A stretch of DNA of 49,425 nucleotides from Hydrurus foetidus. Taxonomy: Eukaryota. The translations under genes and the position numbers were made by a program. The notes under the pieces are model-generated. The model made no database searches, was not told the origin of the DNA, and worked only from the letters and a program-made list of their open reading frames with translations. Shown here piece by piece: positions 28,991-40,900 of the stretch (positions are counted from its first letter, which is position 1; each line of letters starts with the position of its first letter). The DNA is taken from positions 1 through 49,425 of the forward strand of contig UYFQ01000689.1 in NCBI GenBank assembly GCA_900617105.1. The letters run 5' to 3'.

Positions 28991-31079
28991 CCAAGCACCA
29001 AGTGCACCAGAACGGCTAATTGGGCACGGCTCCCTCTCAAAAATGGAATTAAAGGAAATCGGTAAAAATGCAGGGAAAGTGTGAATTTTGGCGCATCTCC
29101 TACCCTCGCATCCCCAAACCAGCATTCTCCATTCTCCACGACATTTCGGACAGCAAAGAATGCGATAGAACTCCAGTTGAAAAAGCGTAGAGCCAGTTCC
29201 TCGTAATGCCTATCATAGCAGCTATAGCTGCTACAACTCCCATTGGAAATCGTCATCACCGGAGAAATCAGACATCCCGAGGACTGGTGAAAACAGGAGA
29301 TTTAACCATCTTCAAACCATACAGAGTATCTGTTACATCAGGTAAGGCGCTTCAAACGCTTGATTCTTGCTTGAGCATGTACTCAAATTTAGGCACTTCA
29401 CTTTAATTGGCGAGCGGCGGTGGCAAAAACCTCCAGTCCAACGAAATTTTTTGAAGTCGTTTTCGTCTCTAAAAACAAATCCTCTCTATTTTGCGAATGA
29501 GCAGCCCAACTCTCACAGAACTTTGAGGAGAGCAGTAACTTATATCTGTTAAAGTGCTTGCAAATTTCTAGCGTCATATGTACAGTGCATAAATAGTTAT
29601 TACAGTTACAAGCTTTGAAAAACAACAGCTCGATAGCGCTATCATTTTTGCAAATATCTGGTAAAATATAGCTGAGTTGATCAGATAAGTAACTGCGGAT
29701 GTTACATTATATATGATGCATGAAGCATCTGCGAGATTTAGCCGCATAGAATGAGGAATTGTAATTAACAATATTTTTTCGATGCTAAAAAAAAAGGATG
29801 GTTGTCGGTTACAAACTTGGAGATGTGATTGTTATTTATGATGTGCTCATAAGGGTAAATATTAAAGATGCTAAGAAATCGACAGAGAATGCAGATACAT
29901 CAGGAACAATAAAGAAAAAATGCTTAAAAGAACCCCACTGCCAAGTAATGTGATCCTTCCGACACCTCTCGAGGATACTATTAAAAAACAAATACGAGCC
30001 CATGGACTGCTTGGGCCAGAGCACCGTCAGAATGAGCTGGACGTTTTGAGCCTGAAAGTCAGCGAATTGAATTTATTGCGTGAGGTCGAAAGCGAGATTT
30101 TTGTGCAGGTGAGCATTAACATTGGGCACTTATGAGGGATCATGTGATAGGCAAATACACATTCATTATCATTAAGATCACAACCGATTGAACTTGTGAC
30201 AATACTTATATCATCTTAGAGGTCATTTAAAACTACCCTAAGAAAAGAACTACCTGCCATTGCATCCTTGGTCGCCAAATTCGCTGCCAAATTTCAAGTA
30301 GTGCACCACCTGGAAAAAAAAATCTCGTAGAAATTACGATTGAATTCGTTTCAATCTATTTTGAGTCGTAGCAATTGATTTGCGGTCATTGGTAATGATC
30401 CGCAACGAGTGTTACCTCCAGCCGAGATAGCCGCGCGACAGAATCGTCACTTTTACTGCTCTAAAGATGCTGTCATTTTACTTCCATAAAATGAACTTTC
30501 ACGGATTCATTCTGTCGTTCAAAAAACAAACTTTGATTAGATTCACGTACAGCATATATCTGAAGAGCAGCTGGCAGAAAAGAACTACTGACCATCAAGT
30601 CCGTCATCTCTGCTGAGGTTGGAAAACTTCTCCAAAAACAGGAGGTTGTTGTTGGAGGTGCAGAATAATTCTGCTGAGCTCTAGCAACAAAAAAATATGT
30701 GACCCCGTACAGATCATGGAGTCGCGGTCAGTTTGCGCTACGTTTATACAACGCCGGTGCAGAATTCGCTGAGATATGTGTATCGACTGGTATTGTCGAT
30801 AATCATCGCTCTGCTCAGAATTGGAAATCGTTTAATTCCATTATTCGTGCTCAGGCCAGTCCTTATGCCGCACACAAAACACTTTTACGGTTTCCCTTTT
30901 TTGTAGTCTGAAACATTTTTTGGGCGACAAATCGGTATTGCCCTTATGTGGACTACAAATTATATTTTGGTTTTTTTTCAGTAATTGACCTTATGGTGAT
31001 TACATGAAACATAATTTCATCGAATACATAAACTTCGACTACCCGATAGGAAGACTGTTTTTTTGTTGAGGACCGTTTT

Positions 31080-31208
31080 AGAATAGTTCATGGATCTAGT
31101 GATACGGAATTTGAATCTTCTTATCGTGTATTACAAAAACAACTCGTTGATCATTATGTGTGGAAGTATCAAAATAATCAAATTCAATGGCTTAAAAAGA
31201 AAAAATAG
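31080..31208 (+). pseudogene. C-terminal remnant of a Harbinger-type transposase
   Basis: RIVHGSSDTEFESSYRVLQKQLVDHYVWKYQNNQIQWLKKKK* resembles the L..LV.H...W tail of Harbinger/plant-transposon proteins; the catalytic core is absent. Confidence 0.5.
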
Positions 31209-31456
31209 TTTATCAATCTTACAATGCCTTTCAAATGAATAATACATATTTTTTTTATTTCTTTTAAATAAATACAAGTTTTTTTCAAAAAACTTGTATT
31301 TTCAAAATAAATAAATAAAAAGTTTCAAATTTTGCCAGCGTTATCCCTGTAAATAGAAGGATTTGAACATTCAGTGCAACATCAACGGACTTTCAAAAAA
31401 TAATGATATGTTAAAACGAAAATATGTGATGATAGCAGGTGTGAGAAATTAGGTAT

Positions 31457-32541
31457 TTATTTCCTCCTTTCAGTAGTCCTCTTGAATGAGGCAAATATAT
31501 CCATCGCATCCTCCTCGACATCAGTCATTATCTTCTTCTTCGTCTTGGTAGCAGATTCTTGTGATCATGTGACGCTGCGATGGGTAGCCTGTACAACATT
31601 TGGACTTTTGTTGGGTTATTTTTGGATTTTTTTGAAGGTTTGTAGGCTGTGTGTTGGCATAGGTTGACTGGTTGGGTTGGCTGTAATCTGAAATAATTCT
31701 TTTGTTTCTCCTGCGCTCCTTTTCTTGAGTGATGTTGCTTGTAAGAGATGGTTGGCTCTCGTCTTCGTTGACTCTAAACTTCTTCTTGCTCTGTTGGACT
31801 TGACTAGAGGAGGTAATGTTGAGCTCTTCAAATCTCTGCGTGAATTAATCACAAACGTAAAACAACTGCAGTAGATTAACAGCAATAACACATAGATTTC
31901 AAGATGATAACTTACATGGTTCCTCTTCTTAAGAGCTACAGTCGTCTGAGTCAATTTGACTTGGTTGTTCATGACTTTCCGGTCTTTCTTGCTGTTGAGT
32001 TGGAAGGCAGTAGGTTTCTTAAGATCGCTCTTCATCTTCTCAATTTCGGCTGTACGTTTAGCGGCTCGTTGTGTCTTACGAGAAGGCTCTCTTCTTGAAA
32101 GTGCTTGGGTTTTTTGATCTAGCCTTCGATTCTTCTTGCTCAATATCGTGAAGTTGCTTCCGAGTCTTCAGAAGTATATCCTCTAGCGTCATACCTGATG
32201 GCGGTTGTCCATCGGGTCCCAAATTCTTCACGTAGAGAGTGGTAATCCGGTTGTTCACACATTTCTTAATGGAAAGAAACTTTCTCCAAAGCGTTGATCC
32301 GTTGTGTAAGTCTTTTCTCTGGGACTGTATGATCACAATGACGCGATGATCGAAGGAATGCGTCTTGAGAACACGGTAGATTGTGACGAATGAGGGCGAT
32401 ATGATTCACAAATTGTATCATAATTGCCTCATCGATTTCATGCGACTTCATTTCATTCGAAGGAACCGCCAAACCAGCACGTGTGATGAGCACATTCTGT
32501 CTGGACTTGATGTCATGGAGTAACTCCGAACTTTGTGGCAT
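31457..32541 (-). pseudogene. Frameshifted accessory (probably Myb-like) gene of the second Harbinger
   Basis: Overlapping ORFs 32541-32266, 32336-32076 and 32143-31616 in different frames; TLWRKFLSIKKCVNN..PPSGMTLEDIL followed by a K/R-rich coiled segment; lies within the TIRs, opposite the transposase remnant. Confidence 0.55.
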
Positions 32542-33009
32542 TATTTATTGCTTTTAATGGCAATAATAATTTTATGTTGGAGGCGACATTTGATAGGATC
32601 TAAAACACAAAAAGGACACTTTCTCTGTCGTTGCCTCAAAAAAATGTCGCCAACATATTTTGAATTGTCGTTTTTTAGCGCGATAAGGCCACGTCGCCGA
32701 CAAAAAAAACAAAAAAAGGCTCCAAAATCTGTATTCCAATGGCGGCATAAGGACTGGCCTCAATTTTAACCGTTCGGGTGCACAAGTAGAGTAGCAAGTA
32801 TAGTACCGGTTTTGCGCGCGTACGTTTTTACCGAACGCATACGTTTTTGTTTTGCTTCTCTTCTCGCTTCAGCCCACCAGAGCCCGGAGCTATCCTGTTG
32901 AAACTCTCATCATGAGTCATGAGTGCATCATGCATCAGGAGATAATAGGTTGCACCTCTAGTGATCACGGGATACGAAATTTTTAAAGCAGAGCACTTTG
33001 GTATAAAAC

Positions 33010-33615
33010 ATGTTTGCGGTTCACAACTGGATCTTTTTGTTCCTGACATCCACGGTTTACAATGCCTCTGGAGCGTCTCAGATGTTCAACTTGAACAAAA
33101 TTTGCAGATCTGCAGCAACCATAGGGGCAACAGCTCTACTTGGAAATCCCCTACTATGCTTGGCAGCGTCTAACCCCAACGATATTGTTTGCCAAGTGAG
33201 TCGTCCAGCAACTATATCAACCATATACGGCCAGGGGACAAATTCTGCAATTTACCTCACAGCTAAACAAGATGTCGGCATTTGGCAAGCACAAGTAAGA
33301 AATATGAAGCCACCACCGGTCCTGACGTCGAGAACGGCAGCCCCATTTTCGTTTCCGTTAGAAATAATATTAAACGGTCAGACTGATCTAACACCCGAGG
33401 GTTTGAGTCTACAAAGCCAATGGCAATCGGGAAAGGTCCCTCTCGTTGTGTCTGCTCGCTTGGATGTCGATGGAGTAGCTAACACGCGTAATGCTGAAGA
33501 TCTTATTGGTAAAGCTACCGTCAGCAAAGATGCATCGGGAGTGTGGGGCGGCTGCGTGATTGAATTGGAGGACAGAGGTATTGGAGGCAGAATAGTCACA
33601 AAAACATTGAAGTGA
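33010..33615 (+). CDS. Protein resembling the C-terminal Ig-like domain of cytochrome c biogenesis protein CcmI/CycH, with predicted plastid/thylakoid-lumen targeting
   Basis: AIYLTAK..PPVL..FPLEIIL..DLTPEG..LVVSARLDVDGVANTRNAEDLIG pattern. The N-terminus has a hydrophobic signal, an S/T/basic stretch, then a second hydrophobic segment ending LCLA-A. Confidence 0.7.
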   Translation: MFAVHNWIFLFLTSTVYNASGASQMFNLNKICRSAATIGATALLGNPLLCLAASNPNDIVCQVSRPATISTIYGQGTNSAIYLTAKQDVGIWQAQVRNMKPPPVLTSRTAAPFSFPLEIILNGQTDLTPEGLSLQSQWQSGKVPLVVSARLDVDGVANTRNAEDLIGKATVSKDASGVWGGCVIELEDRGIGGRIVTKTLK

Positions 33616-34992
33616 ATTTGATCCTCCGCGACTATGTTCCTTCAGTACTCTAAAAAGAGAAAAAGTAGCCTTTACCGCTGTAGCGCAAATTTTATCAAAC
33701 GTAATCGGTGAACCATTTGCATGATCAGGAATTCTAATGAGAGTTTCTGAAGTAACTATGTACAGCTATAATAGTTTTATTTGATTTGAAACGAAAAATA
33801 GTTACATATTACTTTGATAGTGCTCTGAAGTCTAAGTGCATCGAAGCTATTGGTAAATTAAGATAAATTTTCCATCTTGGCTTTCAATTCTAGTCACTGG
33901 ATAGTGACAGCACTGTACCGCACAGAGCACAGATTGAGTTGAGTGCCTTTCGGACTACTGTACTGTACCATGCGTTCTCCTCTAAGAAAGGAGCCTTCAA
34001 TACCTGCCATGAAATCACACTCTGAATCGACTGCCATGTCAATCATGTGTGATAGACAGAGAACCCGTCATATCCAAGGAGTTTGAAATTTATTCTAGAA
34101 GTTAGAAACTAATCTTTCTTTCGCCCTCTACTTTTCTTTCATCAGCTGCGACATCCGCTACCACCACGGTGCACTTACCCGCACACAGACCGCCTAATTG
34201 TAGAGGAAAGTTCCTCAACAACCTTCGTGATGTCTCATGTTGACAGTCTTGCATAGTCGGTCCTAACAGCTCTTCGAATCTTGGCTTGTTCAATGCTGTC
34301 AACCTCATCTCTCTCTCAGATGTTCCATCACCACTTCGCAATTCTTTGGTAATATTGGTTGTGAGTCCCAAAAAAGAGTTACGCCGAAAAGAAGTTTGTT
34401 AAGCTTAACTTACTTTACTGTGCACGTCATCGTCAGATCCAGATGCTTCTGGAAAATGAAAATCATCTGCCAGCATGGTAGTCAGCGTATACGTGTATTC
34501 ATGTCATGGAAAGGGGTGCGCTTGCATGTGTTCAACTGACTGTCCATCTGTTCATCTGTATGCGTATACATATGTTCATATTTGTATGTGTGCGTGATTG
34601 TAAGTGCGTGTGTGCGAAGCAATAAGAGCGATAGATGAGTCAGGTCGTGTAGGAGTGAGATGAGATAGATGAATCGACAATTCTTCAATGTTAGCCACTG
34701 ATCAATTTTCCTCAATGAAATCGAATTGCTTTGAACGATTTATCATGTCAGTCGCCCAATGTCGAGGTAACAAGAAATAACGAAGAAGTAAAGTTGGAGT
34801 GGGAGTGAGTGGCACATTGTGACAACGAATAGAATGTAAGGTAAATAGAGTGCAAGTAATCGAGAGGGAGGGAGATCTATGGAGTTCAGAAAAGATGAAG
34901 CGACAGCGACACAGACAGTCGAGCAGGTCAGGTCAGGTCAGGTCAGGTCAGGTCAGGCAGGTAACAAATAGAACAGGGAAACAGCAATTATT

Positions 34993-37900
34993 TCATTTGT
35001 CAGGTATAATGTCAGGCCTCCACAATTTGAGTTTGCTATTGTCTTTATAAGAATTGCTCTTCGAGATAATGTTCCTAGCAGCTTCGTCTTTCTGTCTGCT
35101 GTCCCTTTCCTTCAGCTCTCGAGTGTGCTGCGTTTGTATGGATAACATGCACGCACGTACAGACTCCACACACGCTCCTTGCACGCGACTGCGCAGCTTG
35201 GCGTTGAGCCACTCACTGTTACCTCCTGCCATTTCAATGAAGAATAACACTTTAATCAATGAGTAACAGAGCTAACTCATACATACGTGCGTAAGTAGAT
35301 GAACGATACTTTCCAGCGTCACTCTTCTACATAAAAATGTAAATAAAGTCATCCGCATCACATAACTACAGTCACATATGTATTTACATTCCCAACAGGC
35401 AATCGCACGAATAATAGTGCGTACGTAGGTACCTTGTGTGGGTCCTCCAGGTGTGCCACTGGACAAATTAGAGTTGGACCCTGAATCCGACCCCGTCCAG
35501 ATTCCAGAATGCGTACATGCTGACAGGGCGAGTATCGCCTGTGCCGAGTTAGAGAGGTGCTCTTCTTCTCGTTTCGTCCACACGTAAGCGGACAGGGTGG
35601 CTTTCTTCTTCTTCATCTTCTTATCGAATTCGAACATTCTGAACAGCGACTCTCTAACGCTCTCCGCTCCAGGTGACTTGAGTCGCAGATACATTTCCTT
35701 CCTCTCGCTCTTCAGCATATTGGCGCTGATGGCTAGTCTGGCTTCTATGTGGGGCAGCAGTCTGGAGGGCACCCCAATCACCGTTATTCTCTCCATGCCG
35801 TCCAGACGGAGACTCATGTTGTCGTGATTCACGTCAAAGTTAGCCCCTAGATTGGAGCTCTTCCTCGACCCCATGAGAGGGTTTCGAGACGGACTGGCAT
35901 CTCCCTTACCAGGTGTGCCACTAGCGATGATGTTGGCTGACATCACGCTCTTGTCTCCCTGACTGCCAACAGCAGAAGGAGGTGTAGGGTTCCTGGACCC
36001 AGTCCCGCTCGGATTCTGCTTCTTAGACCGACCGGTTATTAGCTGGGATCGTGCGTACTTACCCCCTAAAGACTCTATCAGTCTTTTCTTCTCTTCTTCG
36101 TAGAGGGCTAAATGGAGATAGGAATCGCCCTCAATCATTAAATAAAATTTGCTGCGATATCCTAGTGGAGTGAATTCTTTTTCCCACAGCAGCAGCACGT
36201 CACTGCGAAGCGCTCTTGCCATCTGTGTTCTGTTCCTCCTCTCCTGCCCCTGCACCATCCAGGCCCTAACTCTGGCCTCCACCTTGATGACTGCCCTCCT
36301 CTTCAGCAGATACACGGCACGCAGCACCCTCCTCCTGAAGGCACTCTGCAATCTAATCACTGCATGTCGGTACCGCACGTACTCCTTCCTCCGTACGGAC
36401 ATTCTCAGAAATCCCTGGACCTTCATCACCATGCCGAGGAAGGTGGCGTTCTTGCTCTTCTTCTTCGCTAATATCCTAGCGCATCTCATGGCGTACAATC
36501 GATACGATCGCTGTATAACTCGTATCGCCTAGCAGCACGAATAGGTAAGACGAAGTCAGGTCGGATAAAAAAGAGATCATTGAAGTCGTCAGATTCTAGA
36601 GGGAGAGATAGAGATGTTTGACAGACGAAACGGGACAGTGTAGGACATTGCGATCTCACCTTCAACTTCACGAGATATCTCCTCCTAGGGCGCAGCATGC
36701 GGAACAAAGACTGCATTTTACAAATGGACTTTAGCAATCTGGTGTTTCTCTCCCTAGCTGCTGCCATGCGGTCCCTCATAGCAGCTGCCCTCCTGCTGCC
36801 CTCCCCCATAGAGCGACTGCTGTCCGTACGACCCAATGTACGTGCCTTCATCTCCATGGTTTCTTGCAGTGCGTTGGAGCTCTGACTCAGCTGTCTGCCC
36901 TTCTCTGGCTTCTGTAGCAGGATCCTCGCTGGTCGGATGGGGCCGAATAGAGCGGGGGAGAGGGCGGGAAACTGCTGGTAGGAGAATGTGATCTCCTCTG
37001 TAGAGCTGGACGAGGAGGAGGAAGAGCCGGGGAGGGTGGGGGTCAGCGGTAAACCCCATCCGGTTGGTTCCGGTGCAGTGAAGCTCTCCGTGATGTCGTT
37101 GCTGGTGGTGTGTGTGTGCGGTGATGTGAGGTGATTTGGTTTGAGGAGTGTAAAGGGTAGCAAATTAGAAAAGTGAGAGTGAGTCTCTCTGTCTGGCAGT
37201 ATTTTAGACATAGGAGGAAGGAAGACTGGCAGACTAGAACTAGCTCTCTGAGTAGGGCTCGCACTACAGCCACTTGTTATGTGGTGACTTTCGAGTAATG
37301 ACAGAGTGGATAAATTAGATTGGAAATGCGATGGTTAAAGAATTCCAAGTGAGTACAACTCTTGAGACACACAGCAGATAAAAGATAAAATACATGTCGG
37401 GATAATGAGTACGGGACTCTGAATGGCAGAGATTCTGTCAGACTACTTGATTTAATGCATACCTTGTGTCGCTCAGAAAAGGTGTGAATGTTTTATACGA
37501 CAAGGCACTTCTGTTTTTCTTCGCTAGGATGCTTTCCTCGAAGAAAGTCACCTCTGCTGATCTTTCTTTGCCCCTTTTGAATGTTTGCGGGCCGGCCCCG
37601 CACTCCTCCTCGAATGAACAAAACATCTGCGTCTCAAGCCTGTGTGTGCATGTGGGTGGACGGGTGCATGTCATGTTATGTTATCATACGATTTCATGTG
37701 ATTTGATTTGATATGGGTTTGTGTGTGATGCGATGCGCTTCTATCGAGTCAGTGCAGTCGAATGGAACAGGACAACAGTGATTAGAAACAGAGCAGGACA
37801 GATCGTTGCCAACAATTAGTTGCCAGACGGTAGCAGTCGAGATCAAGTCAAGTCAGGGCTAATGAGTCAGCGATATCGAGTGGTGGCCATGAAGTCAACA

Positions 37901-40900
37901 TGGTTTGATGCTATCGCAGATGAACGTTTGATGCGTACTAACGCGGTGATGATGAATGAATGTTTGCGAGCACATGCTCGTATGCACGAGTGCTTTCATG
38001 TTTGTGTCTGTGAGTACGCATGCTTGTGTGTGGAGTGCTTTCATGTTTGTGTCTATGAGTACGCATGCTTGTGTGTGGAGTGCTTTCATGTTTGTGTCTG
38101 TGAGTACGCATGCTTATGTGTGGAGTGCTTTCATGTTTGTGTCTGTGAGTACGCATGCTTGTGTGTGGAGTGCTTTCATGTTTGTGTCTGTGAGTACGCA
38201 TGCTTGTGTGTGGAGTGCTTTCATGTTTGTGTCTGTGAGTACGCATGCTTGTGTGTGGAGTGCTTTCATGTTTGTGTCTATGAGTACGCATGCTTGTGTG
38301 TGGAGTGCTTTCATGTTTGTGTCTGTGAGTACGCATGCTTGTGTGTGGAGTGCTTTCATGTTCGTGTCTATGAGTACGCATGCTTGTGTGTGGAGTGCTT
38401 TCATGTTCGTGTCTATGAGTACGCATGCTTGTGTGTGGAGTGCTTTCATGTTTGTGTCTGTGAGTACGCATGCTTGTGTGTGGAGTGCTTTCATGTTCGT
38501 GTCTATGAGTACGCATGCTTGTGTGTGGAGTGCTTTCATGTTTGTGTCTATGAGTACGCATGCTTGTGTGTGGAGTGCTTTCATGTTTGTGTCTATGAGT
38601 ACGCATGCTTGTGTGTGGAGTGCTTTCATGTTTGTGTCTGTGAGTACGCATGCTTGTGTGTGGAGTGCTTTCATGTTTGTGTCTATGAGTACGCATGCTT
38701 GTGTGTGGAGTGCTTTCATGTTTGTGTCTGTGATTACGCATGCTTGTGTGTGGAGTGCTTTCATGTTTGTGTCTGTGAGTACGCATGCTTGTGTGTGGAG
38801 TGCTTTCATGTTTGTGTCTGTGAGTACGCATGCTTGTGTGTGGAGTGCTTTCATGTTTGTGTCTATGAGTACGCATGCTTGTGTGTGGAGTGCTTTCATG
38901 TTTGTGTCTGTGAGTACGCATGCTTGTGTGTGGAGTGCTTTCATGTTTGTGTCTGTGAGTACGCATGCTTGTGTGTGGAGTGCTTTCATGTTTGTGTCTG
39001 TGAGTACGCATGCTTGTGTGTGGAGTGCTTTCATGTTCGTGTCTATGAGTACGCATGCTTGTGTGTGGAGGGTGAGAGGAGCATGTGGGGCATGCGTTGG
39101 TATGTGCATGTGCCAGAATGGGTGCTTACAGTTGTCTTAAGAACGTGTCCTTCTGCCCCTTCAGGAAAGAATCGTGGTCGAAAGGAGGCGTGATCGGGCT
39201 GCAGAATAGGAAAAGATATCGGACAAAAATCATTTCAACTTTCAGAGATGAAATCAATGCAGCGAGATTCAATGACAGAGGAGAGAACAGAATAAAATAT
39301 ATAAAGGATAGATTAGAAATCAAGGGGCTCAAGGGGGAGAATTCAGCGCTACTTCCCTGTATACCCCGCCAAAATCGAAACGTACCTATCAGTCTCTTTT
39401 GTTTTTCTGAATGGATTCACTTTTTTATCCACATCTGGCTCTGTTTTCTTGCTGGACAGACCGAGTTTCAAAAAGGAAATTCTTTTCTTCGGTGCAGGCG
39501 CAGTCTCCGCGATGCTCGAAGATGTTGTGATGCTGCTGTTGCTGTTGCGCTGATTGATGGTGATGATGTTCTCCTTCACGCCCTTGAGGTAGGACTCCTT
39601 TCCGTCCATGTAGGGGATGATCGCTGATGCGATGCCATCGTCCATGGTGTGGCTGCTGCTGCTCCTGCTCAGCCCTCCATGCCCATGTCCGTGACTGCTT
39701 CCATTGGGCACCACAGAGCTGCTGCCAGCACTAGTAGCGGCAGCCGTGTAAGATTCCACGTATTCGGTCAATAGAACAACGAACACGCGTAGAAAAGCAT
39801 TGCGAATTTTAATTGCATCGAAAGCGCCACATATGCTATTCTCTTCGACGGAATTTGCGGTCCAAGAACTCTTGTGCGTGCATGCAAATCTGATAGAATA
39901 GAATACAATGCAATGCAATGCAATGAAATAAGATTAGTGACAGGAAGGAAGGAAAGAAAGAAAGAAACAGATGGATAGTTAGATTGATAGATAGATAGAC
40001 CAATGTATGGTCACCAACACGTAGCTTACCCGAAGGGAGTATTGTTGACTGGATCCAGAATGGAGTGCATGGGAGGAACCACGATGGAACTCGCTAGTAC
40101 GTCGCCTGTTAAAAATGTGAGTGACGAGTAGAAGTGAGAACAAAGAATGAGTGATGAAGGGAAGTAGGGAAGGTGAGGGGAGGAGAGGAGGGGATGTATA
40201 CCGGGTTGTGCGTGTGCGAGTTGGTGCAGTCCATATGCGTTGGATCGTATATTGCTCCCGTCTTTGAATCCTATTCCGCTACCATTAGTGCCTGAGAGAG
40301 AGAGTCGTGAGTCGTCATTGGTTTGGTGGTCGATAAGCATGAGGAAAGATAGAGACGAACGTAATTTAATAGATGAGACTCGGCATCGAGTCACTCGAGA
40401 CGTGTGACTGTCACGTTAGCAATAAAATCTGCACGATGCAATGCAATGCGGCGCAATATTTCACGATACAGCGCAGTGAAATACGATGCATCACACAGCG
40501 ACAGTACAACATCTTACATGATGTGAAGGTTGACCTTGATAGCACATCACAACACGTCACATCACATGACAACGCAACACGACACGACACGGCACCACGA
40601 AATACAGCACATCTCAAAAGAAAACAAAACAGACCAGGTGCCAAGTCGATATGTTTACCTCCGTGTCTCGGATGCGCTAGCTTCCCTCCGTTGGCTTTGC
40701 TGTGTAGCAGCTTCTCCAACACGGACATGTTGATGGGGGACTTCACGTCAGACACTGCCGGCCCGTCCCGCTCCGGACTGACGGACCTGTTAGGGGTGCC
40801 GTCACTGGGACTGCTGTCGGACGGAGGGGAAGATGGCCGACTTGCGTGATCCGATTGAGACAGTGCACTGTTGGACTGAAAGTCGGTGATGGGAGTGAGC

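Larger units (their letters stand above)
30854..32759. mobile_element. Internally deleted PIF/Harbinger-type element (1906 bp), a different family from 14695-17730
   Basis: Perfect 18-bp TIRs GGCCAGTCCTTATGCCGC (30854-30871 / 32742-32759); 3-bp TSD TCA (30851-30853, 32760-32762); convergent coding remnants. Confidence 0.88.
29003..32782 (+). mobile_element. Decayed TIR DNA transposon, probably hAT-like, interrupted by a Harbinger insertion in its right TIR
   Basis: Left end TGCACCAGAACGGCTAATTGGGCACG..AAAAATGGAATTAAA. The right end, after removing 30854-32762, reverse-complements to TGCACCCGAACGGTTAAAATTGAGCACGAATAATGGAATTAAA. Flanks CAAG/CAAG. Stop-ridden coding relics at about 29390-30330 (KTSSPTKF; NIW*NIAELIR; LRKELPAIASLVAKFAA/ISSSAPP) recall hAT transposase and dimerisation motifs. 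Confidence 0.6.

Noticed and set aside
34102..34470. Extra terminal exon of the DENN gene or a separate gene
   Set aside because: An in-frame stop at 34993 already ends the gene, the upstream part of this frame has stops, and no domain is recognisable.
37988..39070. CRISPR array
   Set aside because: Units are contiguous with no unique spacers, there are no cas genes, and the context is a eukaryotic intron.
37820..39193. Long ORFs over the minisatellite (457, 394, 372 and 331 aa) as genes
   Set aside because: They are explained by a stop-free 45-bp unit inside an intron and have no unique coding sequence or domain.
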